A stretch of DNA of 64,000 nt from the NCBI RefSeq assembly GCF_009914755.1, contig NC_060947.1; one strand, 5' to 3'. Positions 1 to 14,799 of this stretch are shown here, one piece after another. Position numbers and translations under genes: made by a program. Within the stretch, counting starts at the first letter, position 1; the number at the start of each line of letters is the position of its first letter. A model generated the notes under the pieces. The model did not search any database and had not been told where the DNA came from. It saw only the letters and a program-made list of their open reading frames with translations. The stretch comes from the human T2T-CHM13v2.0 reference genome, Homo sapiens.

Positions 1-3000
1 TTGCTGCAGGCCTCCATCTTATTTTATGTCTTTAGGAGCATGACCTGTAACCATATGACAGTATTTTGTTTTAGTCTCTGCCATTTTACAATGGTGGCCC
101 AGGTTCAATCCTGGCTTGGGGAATGAGTGCTTTCAGGTTGATATCTGCGTGACTTATGCCATTTGCTAATTCTCTTCCCCTCTCATGAACAAGTTCTAGC
201 TTCCTTTCTTAAATCATCCTTTCCCTGAGCCATAAAGGTTCTAGATTTTGTAAAAAAACTGCTTACTATGTCTTGAAAATATCTTGTATGCTCACAGTTA
301 AGACATAACTTTAATTGAGACTTGTTGGTTTCACCTGTGAGGTTACTTTTGATAAAATTCAAAATCCAGAAATATTGGCTGTTTGGCATGGCTAAAGTCA
401 GGTAATAAGAGATTTAAAAGGACTTTCTTAAAGAATGCTCAGCTTAATTAAAAATGGATATCCAAGTTATAGGCATATTTAAAAGGCCTTTATGTTTTTT
501 CTTCTTGGATCTTATTTTGCTGGAAATAGGTTTTAATTAGTTGACTGAATTACTTTTCTCCATCTTGTCTTGCCATTCTTAATGCACGCTTGAGAGTCCC
601 TAAGATAATTTCTGATTGCCTGGGACTCCTTGGGAAAAACAAAAAAGGTGCCACAGATTCCATTTTGGGAGCAACCTCTGTTTTCCTTATGGAACCCCAG
701 GAATTAGATGCAGATAGATCCCTCTCAAAATCTAGTTTTGTCTTCTACCTATACCTGTTTATTAGTCCCTAGAAACTGCTTGTTTTCCTAGCCCTGCTTT
801 TAAAAGGCCCCACTTGAGACTAGTAATCCAATTGAGAGATTGGCAAATGAAAAATCTTATAACTACTGGATTTTCTGTTTGTCTGTGTAGTTATATATGT
901 TGTATGTGATGTATATAAAAAATAGCTATATTTAATTGGCTTAAAGAAAAATAAGCTCTTAGATCAAAGTTTTTGAAGGAAAAGTAAAAGCTGTACTGCT
1001 TTTTAGTTCACATGACTAATCTTTGAGAAATAAAAACAGTCTTAAAGATTATAGGAAAATACAAATGTCATTAAAATGTAAATAGGTGATCTAAATTGTG
1101 CAAGTCAGATACTAGGTTTGCTAAATGTTTTAAGGTTGCAAACTGCTTTTTTGGCCTTTGAGAGCTGTTTGACTGGCCACCATGCCCTTAACTATGCTGG
1201 AAGGAATCAAACTTCATCAGCACTTAATGCATAATTAAAACAACTTACCAGGTTTTACACTAAAATTAAAATTTGCCGTTTAATGGTAAAGAATTATCAT
1301 TATAACATGTAATTGAGACCACTTAAAATGGATTTACATGCAAGGTGTGTAAGAATGGTAAAATGTGTTTTTAGTGAAAGATTATAAGAAAGCATGAAAA
1401 TGGAAATATTTGCCTAGAGCTAAAGGATTGTTTTAAATTAGATAAAATAAAGCTAAAGGTTTAAACAAGTTATGGGATGTTTTAAAAAATTAACCTTGCA
1501 AAATAAATTCAAATGGATATTATATGGTTTTTCTGTAAATTGAGCATTGAAGTAAAAACACAACAAGGTTTCCTTAAGGCACTAATCTGCTCTTTAGCAA
1601 AATGTGTAAAGCGTTATAAAAGTTTTATAAGAATCTCACCTCATGGTTAAACTGGTTAAGATCGGATAGAATTGTCTATAAGGTTTCATTAGAAAAGCTG
1701 GGATTGACATAAACGGTAAACTAATGTAAGTGTTATATTTGGCTTTCTCTCCCTTGTACAAGATTTTCATATAACAGTAAAGGATAATGAATGATTTTCA
1801 TTTGCCTTGTGGATAGACTGTCAAGGAGAAGAAAGAGAAGACAGGAGACAAACTGTTTGGAATGCGAAGTCTTCCCTCTTAAAGAGTTAAGTTTTTTGCT
1901 ATTTAAACATTTTTTGAGTCATCATTTTGGCAAAATAATAACTTAGGGTAATCTGAAATTCTGTTTCATAATATCAAGTGCTTCAAAACTCTAACATTAA
2001 ACAGGCTTCCCAAAATCAAATTTTAGCTTCAAGGTTGTCTTTCTTGACCTCTAGCTGTTGGATGCTAGAGAGGGCCCCTGGGGCATCCAAAAGAGGTAAA
2101 CAGGATTAATTGACATGTTTAGGTACGTGGACTTGCCAAAATGATGCTTAATCTTCTTCAGGTTATATTTAAGTGAATAATATTAATATATGTTACAAAA
2201 TCGTATGGGATTCCTAAAATTTTTAATGTCTGAGCATATGCTATCAATCATAATTAAGGTTATTATGTTAAGTTATTGTAAACCACAGAGATAACCAAAT
2301 TTCTTTGTCAATTGTGTTTTTAACTGTAACTACCTTGGATGTTTTCTTATTAACAGAGAATTGTTGTCTTGTTTTGATTCTCTTCAAAAGAGTTTATAAT
2401 CAGCTGTAGAACTTTGACAAGTGCTCTCAAATGCAGGGTTCTGATAACTTTGGAGATTGTGACGTTGGAATAAAGGAAAAAAGTACAGGACTCATGAAGA
2501 GCTTAAATGTTTATGGATATCAAGCAGAACAATTGTTAATGAAATGGACTGAACTAATAGAAAACTGAAGGAATTTTTAACAAACTTTTGCTTAAAACAT
2601 TGCTGATCCTTGTTTTACAGAGTCAAGGAAACTTTTATTTTATGCTATTTGCAGTCTTTAATAATTGAGTAAGGCAGAGTCCTGTGAAGAAAATTTGGAG
2701 CATGTTTGTTTCTCTCTGCCTGTTTCCTCTAGAATTGGGAAACTATCTGTGAGTATTCTTAACTTATGGCAACATGGTTCTTTGCACCAGTACAACAAGA
2801 AGCTATTTTCTTTTGCAACAGGACACAATTGGAGGATCTGGTTCTTTTACCAAAGTTTTTACTAGAAGGATATGCTTCCCTTTAAGGAATCAAGCTTGGC
2901 TTACAGAATTGATAAAATCTCCTTGGGAAAACTGTACTGATAGCATGTTTACACAGTCTCCATATAGGATTCCTAACCTGTGGTGAATAAAGAATGTCAT

Positions 3001-3266
3001 TTTCTAACAGACCCAGGAACCCCATATTATTAGGACCTCAAGAAGAGAGAAATTCACCCAGCTCATAGGTATTTGAGAGTACAAACCCATGCCTGGGCTC
3101 AACTTTAATAACTCCTATCTGAGATGCCTTGTGGAACAGAGTTCCATCATATCCAATTTTAAAAACCTATGTAAAAATAATTGTTCTTGCTGCACTTTAT
3201 GGAAATAATCAGGCTAACTATAAGACTAAAGTTTATTTTGCAAACAACTCAGCCCTATCATGATTT
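1..3266 (+). mobile_element. ERV1 (MER4-group, MER61-int-like) non-autonomous internal region, part upstream of the L1 insertion; starts before the window
   Basis: AT-rich MER4-group-like internal sequence with no long ORFs. It reads continuously across the L1 insertion (ctatCATGATTT...CATGATTTgcttttaacaaaaatgaggactgg) into the PPT and a MER61 LTR. Confidence 0.75.
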
Positions 3267-3636
3267 TTAAATTAATTAATTAATTTATTTTTCCATAGGT
3301 TATTGTGGTACAGGTGGTATTTGGTTACATGAGTAAGTTCTTTGGTGGTGATTTGGGAGATTTTGGTGCACCCATCACCCGAGCAGTATACACTGTACCA
3401 TATTTGTAGTCTTCTATCCCCCGCTCCCCCGTCCATTCTTCCCCCCAAGTCCTCAGAGTCCATTGCATCATTTTTATGCATTTGTGTCCTCATAGCTTAG
3501 CTCCCACATATTGGTGAGAATATACGATTTTTGGTTTTCCATTCCTGAGTTACTAAGAATAATAGTCTCCAGTCTCATCCAGGTCATTGCAAATGCTCTT
3601 AATTCATCCCTTTTTATGGCTGTGTAGTATTCTATC

Positions 3637-3647
3637 ATATATATATA

Positions 3648-3725
<78 letters not shown>
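3637..3725. repeat. Compound (TA)n(TG)n(TA)n microsatellite inside L1PB
   Basis: Directly visible dinucleotide runs, including about 60 bp of pure TA. Confidence 0.97.
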
Positions 3726-3727
<2 letters not shown>

Positions 3728-5712
3728 ATAGTTTCTTTATCTACTCATTGATAGATGGGCATTTGGGTTGGGTCCACGATTTTGCAATTGTGAAATTTGC
3801 TGCTATAAACATGCATGTGCAAGTATCTTTTTTGAATAATGAATTATTTTCCTCTGGGTAGATACCCAGTACTTGGATTGCTGGATCCAATGGTAGTTTT
3901 ACTTTTAGTTCTTTAAGGAATCTCCACAGTGTTTTCCATAGCAGCTGTACTAGTTTACATTCCCACCAGCAGTGTAGAAGTGTTCCCTGTTCACCCCATC
4001 CATGCCAGCATCTACTGTTCTTTGATTTTTTGATTATGGTCAGTCTTGCAGGATTAACGTGGTACCACACTGTGGTTTTGATTTACATTTCCCTGATCAT
4101 TAGTGATGCTGAGCATTTTTTTCACATGTTCGTTGGCCATTAGCATATCTTTTTTTGAGTATTGTTTATTCATGTCCTTAGCCTACTTTATGATGGTATT
4201 TTTTGTTTTTTTCTTACTGATTTGCTTGAGTTTGTTGTAGATTTTGAATATTAGTGCTTTGTCAGATGTATAGATTGTGAAGATTTCCTCCCACTCTGTA
4301 GGTTGTGTTTACTCTGCTGACTGTTCCTTTTCCTGTGCAAAAGTTCTTTAGTTTAATTAGGCTCCAGCTATTTATCTTTGTTTTTATTGCATGTGCTTTT
4401 GGCTTCTTGGTCATGAAATCCTTGCCTAAGACAATGTCTAGAAGAGTTTTTCCAGTGTTATCTATTAGAATATTTCTGGTTTCAGGTCTTAGGTTTAAGT
4501 CCTTAATCCATCTTGAGTTAATTTTTGTATAATATGAGAGATGAAGATCCAGTTTCATTCTCCTACATGTTGCCAGCCAATTATCCCAGCACCATTTGTT
4601 GAAAAGGGTGTCCCTTCTCTGTTTTTGTTTGTTTTGTCAAAGATCAGTTGGTTGTAAGTACTTGGGTTTATTTCTTCGTTCTCTATTCTGTTCCATTGGT
4701 CTGTGTGACAATTTTTGTAACAGTTCCATGCTGTTTTGGTGACTATGGCCTTATAGTATAGTTTAAAATCAGGTAGTGTGATACCTCCATATTTGTTCTT
4801 TTTGCTTAGTCTTGCTTTGGCTATGCAGGCTCTTTTTAGGTTCCATATTAATTTTAGGATTTTTTTATAAGTCTGTGAAGAATGATGGTGGTGTTTTGAT
4901 GGGAATTGCATTGAATTTGTAGATTGCATTTGGCAACATGGTCATTTTCGCAATATTGATTCTACCCATGTGGGATGTGTTTCCATTTGTTCATGTCATC
5001 TATGATTTCTTTCAGCAGGGTTTCGTAGTTTTCCTTGTAGAGGTCTTTCGACTCCTTGGTTACACATATTCTTAAGTATTTTATTTTATTGCAGCTACTG
5101 TAAAAAGGGTCGAGTTCTTGATTTGATTTTCCATTTGGTTGCTGTTGGTGTGTAGAAAAACTATTGATTTGTGTATATTAATCTTGTATCTGCAATCTTT
5201 GCTGAATTGTTTTATCACTTTTAGGAGCTCTCTGGAGGAGTCCTTAGGGTTTTCAAGGTAAGCAATAATATCATCAGCAAACAGTGACAGTTTGACTTCC
5301 TCTTTACTGATTTGGATGCCATTTCTTTCTTTCTCTGATTGCTATCTGATTGCTCATTTCTATCTGATTGCTCTGACTAGGACTTCCAGTACTATTTTAA
5401 AGAGGAGTGGTAAGAGTGGGCAAACTTGTCTTGTTCCAGTTCTCAGAGGGAAAGCTTTCAACCTTTGCCCATTCAGTATTATGTTGGCTATGGATAGATG
5501 GCTTTTATTACATTGAGATATGCCCCTTGTATGCCAATTTTGCTGAGAGTTTTAATCATGAATGGATGCTGGGTTTTGTCAAATGCTTTTTCTGCATCTA
5601 TTGAGATGATCATGTGATTTTTGTTTTTAACTCTGTTTATGTGGTGTATCACATTTACTGTCTTGCCTATGTTAAACCACCCCTGCATCCCTGGTACAAA
5701 ACCCACTTGATT

Positions 5713-6335
<623 letters not shown>

Positions 6336-9300
6336 TTAATTACCATTTTAATCTCACTGCTTGTTATTGGTCTGTTCGGGATATCTAATTCTTCCTGATT
6401 TAAGCTAGGAGGGTTGTAGTTTTCCAGGAACTTATCCATCTCTTCTAGGTTTTCTAGTTTATATACATAAAGGTGTTCATAGTAGCTGTGAATGATCTTT
6501 TGTATTTCAGTGGTGTCAGATGTAATATCCCCTGTTTTGTTTCTTGATTTATCTTGCCAATGTTCTATCAATTTTATTTATCTTTTCAAAGAACAAGCTT
6601 TTTGTTTCATTTATCTTTTGTATTTATTTTTGTTTCAATTTCATTTAGTTTGGCTCTGATCTTGGTTATTTCCTTTCTTTTGCTGGGTTTGGGTTTGACT
6701 TGCTCTTGTTTCTCCAGTTCCTTGAGGTGTGACCTTAGAGTGTCAAATTGTGCTCTTTCAGTCTTTTTGATGTAGGCTTTTATAGGGCCAAGGACTTTCC
6801 TCTTAGCACCGCCTTTGTTGTATCCCAGAGATTTTGATAAGTTGTGTCATTATTGTCATTCAGTTCAAAGAATTTTTTAATTTTTATCTTGATTTACGTG
6901 TATTTGTATGGTTTTGAAGGTACCTTTTGGAGTTGACTTCCAGTTTTATTCCACTGTGGTCTGAGAGAGTGCTTGATATAATTTCAATTTTCTTGAATTT
7001 ATTGAGGCTCATTTTATAGTCTATCGTATGGTCTTTCTTGGAAAAATTTCCATGAGCTGTTGAACAGAATGTGTATTCTTTGGTCTGTATATATCTGATA
7101 AGTCCATTTGTTCCAAGGTATGGTTTAAATCCATTGTTTCTTTGCTGACTTTCTGTCTTGATGACCTGTCTAGTGCTGTCAGTGGAGTATTGAAGTCCTC
7201 CACTATTATTGTGTTGCTATCTATCTCATTTCTTAGGTCCATTAGTAACTGTGTATAAATTTGGGAGCTCCAGTGTTAGGTGCATGTATGTTTAGAATTG
7301 TGATATTTTCCTGTTGAACAAGGCCTTTTACCATTATATAATGTCCCTTTTTGTCTCTTTTAACTGCTATTGCTTTAAAGTTTGTTTTCTCTGATATAAG
7401 AATAGCTACCCCTGCTTGCTTTTGGTTTCCATTTGCATGAAATACCATTTCCCCCCATTTACTTTAAGTTTATTTGAGTCCTTATCTACAAGATGAGTTT
7501 CCTGAAGGCAGCAGATAGTTGGTTGTTGAGTTCTTATCCACTCTGCTCTTCTGTATCTTTTAAGTGGAGCATTTAGGCCATTTACGTTCAGTGTTAGTAT
7601 TGAAATGTGAGGTACCATTGCATTCATCATGCTCTTTGTTGCCTGTATACTTTGGTTTTTTTGTTTTTAGGTTTTGCTTTTTAACTTGTGTTTTTGTTTT
7701 ATAGGTCTTGTGTGGTTTATGTTTTAAAGAGGTTCTGTTCTGATGTGCTTCCAGGATTTGTTTCAAGACTCAGAGCTCCTTTTATCCGATCTTGTAGTGG
7801 TGGCTTGGTAATGGCAAATTTTCTCAGCATTTGTCTGAAAAAGACTGTATCCTTCCTTTATATATGATGCTTAGTTTCACTGGATACGAAATTATTAGCT
7901 GATAATTGTTTTGTTTCAGGAGGCTGAAGATAGGGCCCCAATCCCTTCTAGCTTGCAGGGTTTCTGCTAAGAAATCTGCTGTTAATCTGATAGGTTTTCC
8001 TTTATAGGTTACCTGGTGCTTCTGTCTCACAGCTGTTAAGATTCTTTCCTTCATCTTAACTTTGGATAACCTGATGACAACGTGCCTATGCAAAGATCTC
8101 TTTGAGATAAATTTCCCGAGTGTTCTCTGTGCTTCCTGTATTTGGATGTCTAGGTCTCTAGCAAGGCCAGGGAAGCTTTCCTCGATTATTCCTGCAATTA
8201 TGTTTTCCAAGCTTTTAGAATCCTCTTCTTCCTCAGGAATACTGATTATTCTTAGGTTTGGTCATTTAACATAATTCCAGACTTCTTGGAGGTTTTGTTC
8301 ATATTTTCTTTTTCTTTGTTGGTTTAGGTTAATTCTAAGACCTTGTCTTCGAGCTCTAAATTTCTTTCTTCTACTTGTTCAATTCTATTGCTGAGACTTT
8401 CCAGAGCATTTCACATTTCTAAAAGTATATCCAAAGTTTCATGAATTTTTGATTTTTTTTCTTTAAGCTCTCTATTTCCTTAAATATTTCTCCCTTCACT
8501 TCTTGTATCCTATTTTGGATTTTCTTGCATTGGGCTTTGCCTTTCTCTGGTGCCTCTCTTATTAGCTTAATAACTAACCTCCTGAATTCTTTTTCAGGTA
8601 AATCAGAAATTTCTTGCTTTTGATCCATTGCTGGTGAACTAGTGTATTTTTTGGGGGGGATGATGAGGAGCCTTGTTTTGTCGTATTACTAGGGGTGGTT
8701 TCCTGGTTCCTTCTCATTTGGTTGGGCTGTGTCAGAGGGAAGGTCTACAGCTGAAGGCTGTTGTTCAGATTCTTTTATCCCACAGGGTGTTCCCTTGATT
8801 TAGTACTCTCCCCCTTTTCCTTACTTTGGCTTACTGTGAACCGAACTGCAGGGATTGTTGTCTCTCTTCTGAGTCTAGCCACCCAGCGAGTCTACCCAGC
8901 TCCAGGCTGGTACTAGGGGTTGTCTGCACAGAGTCCTGTGACGTGAACCATCTATGGGTCTCTCAGCCATGGATACCAGTGCCTGTTCCAGTGGAGGTGA
9001 TGGGGTATGCAATGGACTCTCTGATGGTACTTAGCTTTGGTGGTTTAATGTTCTATTTTTGTGCTGGTTGACCCCCTGCCAGGAGGTGGTGCTTTCCAGA
9101 GAACATCAGCTGTGGAATTATGGGGAGGAACTAGCAGTGGGCAGGGCCTTAGAACTACCAATATTGTATGCCCTTTGTCTTTCCTACCAGAGTAGGTAGG
9201 GGAGGACCACCAGGTGGGGGTAGGGCTAGGCATGTCTGAGCTCAGACTCTTCTTGGGCAGGTCTTGCTGCCACTGCTGTGCTGTGGGGGATGAGGGTGAG

Positions 9301-10105
9301 ATTCCCAGATCACCGGAATTGTGTACCTAGGAGGATTATGGCTGCCTCTGCTGAGTCATGCAGGTTGTCAGGGAAGTGAGGGAAAGCCAGCAGTCACAGG
9401 CCTCACCCAGCTCCCATGCAAACCGAAGGGCTGGTCTCGCTCCCACCATGTCCCCCCAGACCGTTTCCAGGTGGAGAGAGAGATGGGCTTGAAAACCTGC
9501 CCCAGGCTATCCGCCTCCCAGCTGTGAAAGAAAGGGGCTTGCTTCTTCCCCTACCTGTGGAGTCTGCACACCAGATTTGCGCCCTCTCCAGAGTTCTGGT
9601 CAGAAAGCTTTTCACCCCTTTCAAATTGTTAAAGTTCAGCTAGAGATTTGCTTCTCTCTGTGTAGCTTTAGCCCCTGCTTTTCTCCTGTTGGTTTCCTGT
9701 GGTGCCAGGAAGGAATGGCCTGCTAGGGGACCCAGCTAGCTCCCAGGGGCCTTTCTGCTGTTTCCTCTACACCTGTATTTCACTTGGCTCTCCAAATTGA
9801 CTCAGCTCAAGGTAAAGTCAGAAACTTCTCCCACAAACAGACCTTTGGCTTCTCCTGTGCGGGTATGTGTTCAGGAGAGGAGGGTCTCCCTTTCCCACTT
9901 CTGCAGTTCAGTCATTCACAATTTTGGGGGGGTCTCCTGGGTCCTGCAGGAGCAGTCCGCTTCCTTCAGAGGGTCTGTGGGTCCTTTGGGGATTGCTGAT
10001 TGACTCTTGCAGTACATCTGGAGTTAAAATTCACAATGTGAGTCGCTGCCCACTGCTCTGTACGGAGCTGCAATCTAGTCCTGACTCCCATCTGCCATGA
10101 TCTCC

Positions 10106-10835
10106 CATGATTTGCTTTTAACAAAAATGAGGACTGGAGAGAGAGAAATTATGTTTCAAAAATTATCCTACATTTGTCATTAAATTCTAGAATCATTAGT
10201 TGTTTTTTGCCTACAATTTGGACTAATCCTACTCATTCCTGTGAACCAACCAGAAATCTCTGGCTGCAGCTCAGAAGAAACAAAAGAAATGTGTAGTGTA
10301 AAAATCTGGATCAATAGTCTAGTTCTGGGCAGTTACCCTGCAAATCCTGCCAGGTGATAGGAATAAATAGGGTGTCTGTAACCCAGAGTTTGGTTTTTTT
10401 GTTTTTTGTTTTTTATAAGACCAAGAGAGCTAACCAAAGTGAAACCCCATGTACCTAGATCTTAGCAAGCATAACTATAGCCACCGGTTATCTGGGCATG
10501 CTAGCAGCCTCAGAATTTTTAAGCTGTCCTTGCCCCCACTTTTGTTTCATTTTGATATATGTCTTCTAATCATTTTGTATGTCTCTTCTCAACTTCAGGC
10601 CATTGAACTCCAAATGGTCAAGCAACCGGAGCCTCGAACAATGGCCCTCCTTTTACCAGGGATCCTTAGATAGGCCTCTGAGAGAGATCTGACTGCTGTT
10701 TTCACAATACAGCACCACCAGTCAGCAGAAAGCATTTAAGATCAGTTGTTATCGTCCTTATCCTTATCCTTGTCCTTGTCCTTGTCCTTGTCCTTATCCT
10801 AATGGCAGTTAGATGTACTTCTTTGGAGGGGGTAA
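10106..10835 (+). mobile_element. 3' part of the MER61-type internal region with env cytoplasmic-tail remnant and polypurine tract
   Basis: Translation SSQLQAIELQMVKQPEP (ORF 10449-10673), followed after a frameshift by a PLDRP-type motif, resembles class I HERV env C-termini. PPT GGAGGGGGTAA directly precedes the LTR TG. Confidence 0.75.
10755..10800. repeat. (TCCTTR)n hexamer tandem repeat, about 7.5 units
   Basis: tcctta tcctta tccttg tccttg tccttg tccttg tcctta tcct. Confidence 0.92.
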
Positions 10836-11303
10836 TGATAGAGGCAGGAGACAGCCAAATGTCTAGGCAATTAGGGAAGGGTACCCAGAGAACCTCCAAC
10901 CCATCTAGGTCATTGTGTGCAGGGGTCTTGCCTAAACATGCCCACAGTAAAAAATTCTCTCCCTTAACACATGCACAGTACAGGAAATAAATCAGTCTGG
11001 AGTGACTCAGACTAAGGGCCCACATGCTCACTAGAAGAATGGGGTGGAGCCACCAAGAATTTGTGCCTTATGCAGGGAAGGAGGCTGGCATCTTCAACTC
11101 ATGTGTAGTGGCCTAATATTCAATTTGTGAGGTGGAAACCTGCATCTAAGACCTCTCATTTTGTTGACAGCTTTTTTTTTTTTTTTTTTGATTAACAAAT
11201 TCTGCCCTCCTTACCTTTTAATGTGTCTACATGCCTAATTTTTCCTGGTTGTGAAACAAGATCCCAGATTTAGCTGAACTAAGGAGCAAAAAATCTTGCA
11301 TCC
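10836..11303 (+). mobile_element. MER61-family 3' LTR (ERV1)
   Basis: Starts TGATAGAGGCAGGAGACAGCCAAATG after the PPT and ends GCTGAACTAAGGAGCAAAAAATCTTGCATCC. Homologous to the reverse complement of 13906-14361. Confidence 0.85.
10924..10943. promoter_or_regulatory. p53 response element, no spacer, 19/20 match
   Basis: GGTCTTGCCT|AAACATGCCC versus 2x RRRCWWGYYY: both CWWG cores intact, one flank mismatch. MER61 LTRs are known p53-site carriers. Confidence 0.7.
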
Positions 11304-11766
11304 AAAATACCATAATTAAATAGGAAACAAACTGGAGCACGCTTTAAAGACAGATGCAGATTTGAATATTTTCTTAAACCTTTGAGAATAGAGATACATC
11401 TATTTAAGATTTTCTCAGGGACAAACATTAGCTTTTTTCAATATTTAAATGTAAACATCTCTACCCATACATGAAGGAATCCCAACAACTTAATATTTAG
11501 CCATTATGGTGATTGGAAGTTCTCTTATATTTTGTTGGTAATTTAACTCTCTCACTACCACAGGGTTCTTTTGTTTGCTTGGCTGTCTACTTTCCTGACT
11601 GAAAGGACAAACCCTTATTTCTGACCTTTCTGCTGTTAACCTTTTTGGCTCAGTCAGGATTGCCTTCAATTTCCTTTGAAGGTAAAAGTACACTTTAGCA
11701 AGTAGAAGGCATAAGTAAGCAATAGACTTGTTCAATGAATCACTGAATGAATGAAAGAATCCATGA

Positions 11767-12134
<368 letters not shown>

Positions 12135-12146
12135 TGAGTTTCTTTT

Positions 12147-12884
12147 CCTTTTTTTTCTTTTTCGACATTTGTTTTAGATTCTGGGGATACATGTGAAGGA
12201 TTTTTACAAAGGTATATTGTGAGATTCTGAGGTTTGGGGTATGAATTATCCCATCTCCTGTAGTACCCAAAAGGTAGTTTTAAATTATTTCCCCACTCTA
12301 CCCTCTTATATTCCCCAGTGTCTATTGTTTCCATCTTTATGTCAACATGTACCCTTTGTTTAGCTCCTACTTATAAGTGAGAACATGCAATATTTTATTT
12401 TCTGTTTCTGCATCCTTTCACATAAGATAATGGCTTCTAGATGCATCCATGTTGCTGCAAAGGACATTATTTTATTCTATTTTTATGGCTGCATAGTATT
12501 TGATGATGTATATGTACCACATTTTCTTTTTCCCATCCACAATTGATGGGCACCTGGGTTGATTCCATGTCTTTGCTATTGTGAACAGTGCTGTGAAGAA
12601 CATATGGGTACATGTGTCTTTTTGGTAGAATGATTTATTTTCCTTTGAGTATATACCAAGCAATGGGATGGGATTGTTGGCTCAAATGGTAGTTCTGTTT
12701 TAAGTTCTTTGAGAAATCTCCAAACTTTCCACAGTGCCTGAACTAATTTACATTTCTGCCAGCAGTGTTGTAAGCATTCCCTTTTCTCCCCAGCCCCACC
12801 AACACCTTATTTTTTCCTTTTTTTTTTTTTTAAAGCCATTGTGATTGCTGTGAATTTGTATCTCATTGTGGTTTTGATTTACAT
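12147..12884 (-). mobile_element. 5'-truncated L1 3' end (older L1PA, about L1PA13-16)
   Basis: ORF2 C-terminus ([26 protein letters not shown]) plus 3' UTR. TSD TTTTGAGTTYCTTTT at 12132-12146 and 12885-12899. Confidence 0.9.
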
Positions 12885-13599
12885 TTTTGAGTTCCTTTTG
12901 TTTTGGACTCACTTTTTCCATTTCTGTGTCTTAGCAGTATAAAATAGAGATTATGATTGCCTGGTGTACCTACATGTTAGAGTCATGAATACTTGAGAAC
13001 AACTTTTACTTTGAAAGCAGTATTTACAATTTTTTTATCAGTATTTGCCTGTTTAAGTGTTTACTGATTACATTGTGTTAAATTGTTTTTAACACTTATC
13101 ACTCAGAGAGCAAAAGTATTTGATAGTTTGAGACAAACTGCTTAAAGAACTTGTAGCTGCAAATCAATGCTGTACTAGGATATCATTTTAAAAACACATT
13201 TAAACTAAGCATATGATTTTCCAACAGACTTATTTCTCAATGATTGTTGAAAACTAAAACTTCCCTGGCCATCGTGAAATTGTAGTAGAATATATATATA
13301 GAAAGCTTGGTGCTGTTTAAAAACAGTTACTTCAGTGACTCCTTATTGCTTACAGTATAGAGTTCTAAATTCTTATCCTCAATACATAAATCCATAGTCT
13401 CCTGCTTTCCCATTAGTCTCCCTCATGAACTCTAAAGTAGAAGCTTCTTTTCACTTACCCTCAATATAGTTTGTACTCTTTTTATAGCTCTATTTCCATG
13501 CATTTTTATTCAATTCCTTTGCTTAAGATGGTCTCACTAATCCTTTCTTTTTGTAATTATTATTATCAAAAATTTTGATATTAAATAATTTCATTGAGC

Positions 13600-13830
13600 A
13601 CATGGTAACTATACAATGTTATTTAAGTACCTGACATTGATTTTCTCCTTTAATTCTTGTGATAACCCAATGCAGCAGATACTATTATGATCACTATTTC
13701 ACAGATAAGAAACCTGAGACCAAAAAGATTACATAGCTTGTTCAAAGTCCTGATAATACACACTATATAGTGGCTGAGCTTGATTTCAAACCCAGTTTTA
13801 TACTGATACAAGAGTTTTGACTCTTGTGTT
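13600..13830 (-). mobile_element. MIR remnant
   Basis: Core-like atttcacagataagaaacctgagacc...cttgttcaaagtc...gatttcaaacccag. Confidence 0.65.
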
Positions 13831-13905
13831 ATTCTACCTGGAATCAGCACCCTCAAAACACTTTTGTTTCATATTATAACTAATTAAAGATAGTAAATGG
13901 TTCTC

Positions 13906-14361
13906 TGGTGCAGGTTTTTTGCTCCTTAGTTCAGTTAAATATGGGTTCTTGTCTCATGGCCAGGAAAAATTAGGCATGTAGCAGATTGAAAAGTGAGGAG
14001 GGTGGAATTTACTAAGCAAAAGGAAAACTGTCAACAAAAAGAGGGGTCCTGCACACAAGTTTTCACCTCACAAGTTGAGTACCAGGCCACCATACACGAG
14101 TTGAAGAGGCCAGCCTTCTTCCCCGTATGAGGCGCAAATTCCTGGTAGCTCCACCCCATTCTTCCGGTGAATATGCGGGCCCTTAGTCTGAGCCACTCCA
14201 AATTGATTTATTTCCTTTACTGCGCATGTGTTAAGGGATGGAATTTTTTGCCGTGGGCATGTTTAGACAAACCCCTTACACACAATGACCCGGGTGGGTT
14301 GGAGATTCTCCAGGGATACTTCCCTATTTGCCTAGGCATTTGGCTGTCTCTGCTTCTATCA
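13906..14361 (-). mobile_element. MER61-family solo LTR
   Basis: TG...CA termini and reverse-complement homology to 10836-11303. Flanks TTCTC/TTTTC resemble a TSD with one mismatch. Confidence 0.85.
14255..14274. promoter_or_regulatory. Degenerate p53 element: one perfect half-site, second core mutated
   Basis: GGGCATGTTT|AGACAAACCC; the second half-site has A at the conserved core G. Confidence 0.5.
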
Positions 14362-14799
14362 TTTTCACAAATAAATATGATCAACTGTTGGAAAAGAATT
14401 TGTCTCAAAATATTATCAGTGTAAAAGCATGACCTTCTCTTTGTGTCTTAACCACAACCATGGAGCCTAGTTGTTCCAAATAAAAGGCTACTCTTGAAAC
14501 ACTGTCAATATGGTGAGAACTGATCCTAGTTGGGGGCCAAAAACTTAGGCATAAATAGTGTTTTCCATTACTTCAAAATACCATCAATCACAATAAAATG
14601 ATCAGTTATTTTGAAAACAACTTATTGCCCTTGTTTCATTGAAATAGATAACTGATTTTAAGTCAATCCATTTATGTAAATATAACCTTTGAGTAATGGC
14701 AGTCGTTAATTTTGGGAATGACTTACATTTCATTAACTTGGACACACATTTTTTTCAAATGCATTCTGCATTATTAGTGCATTTAGAAGAGATGGTATA

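Noticed and set aside
10702-11031. RIRTRTRTR-rich 109-aa ORF
   Set aside because: Antisense translation of the hexamer repeat and the LTR.
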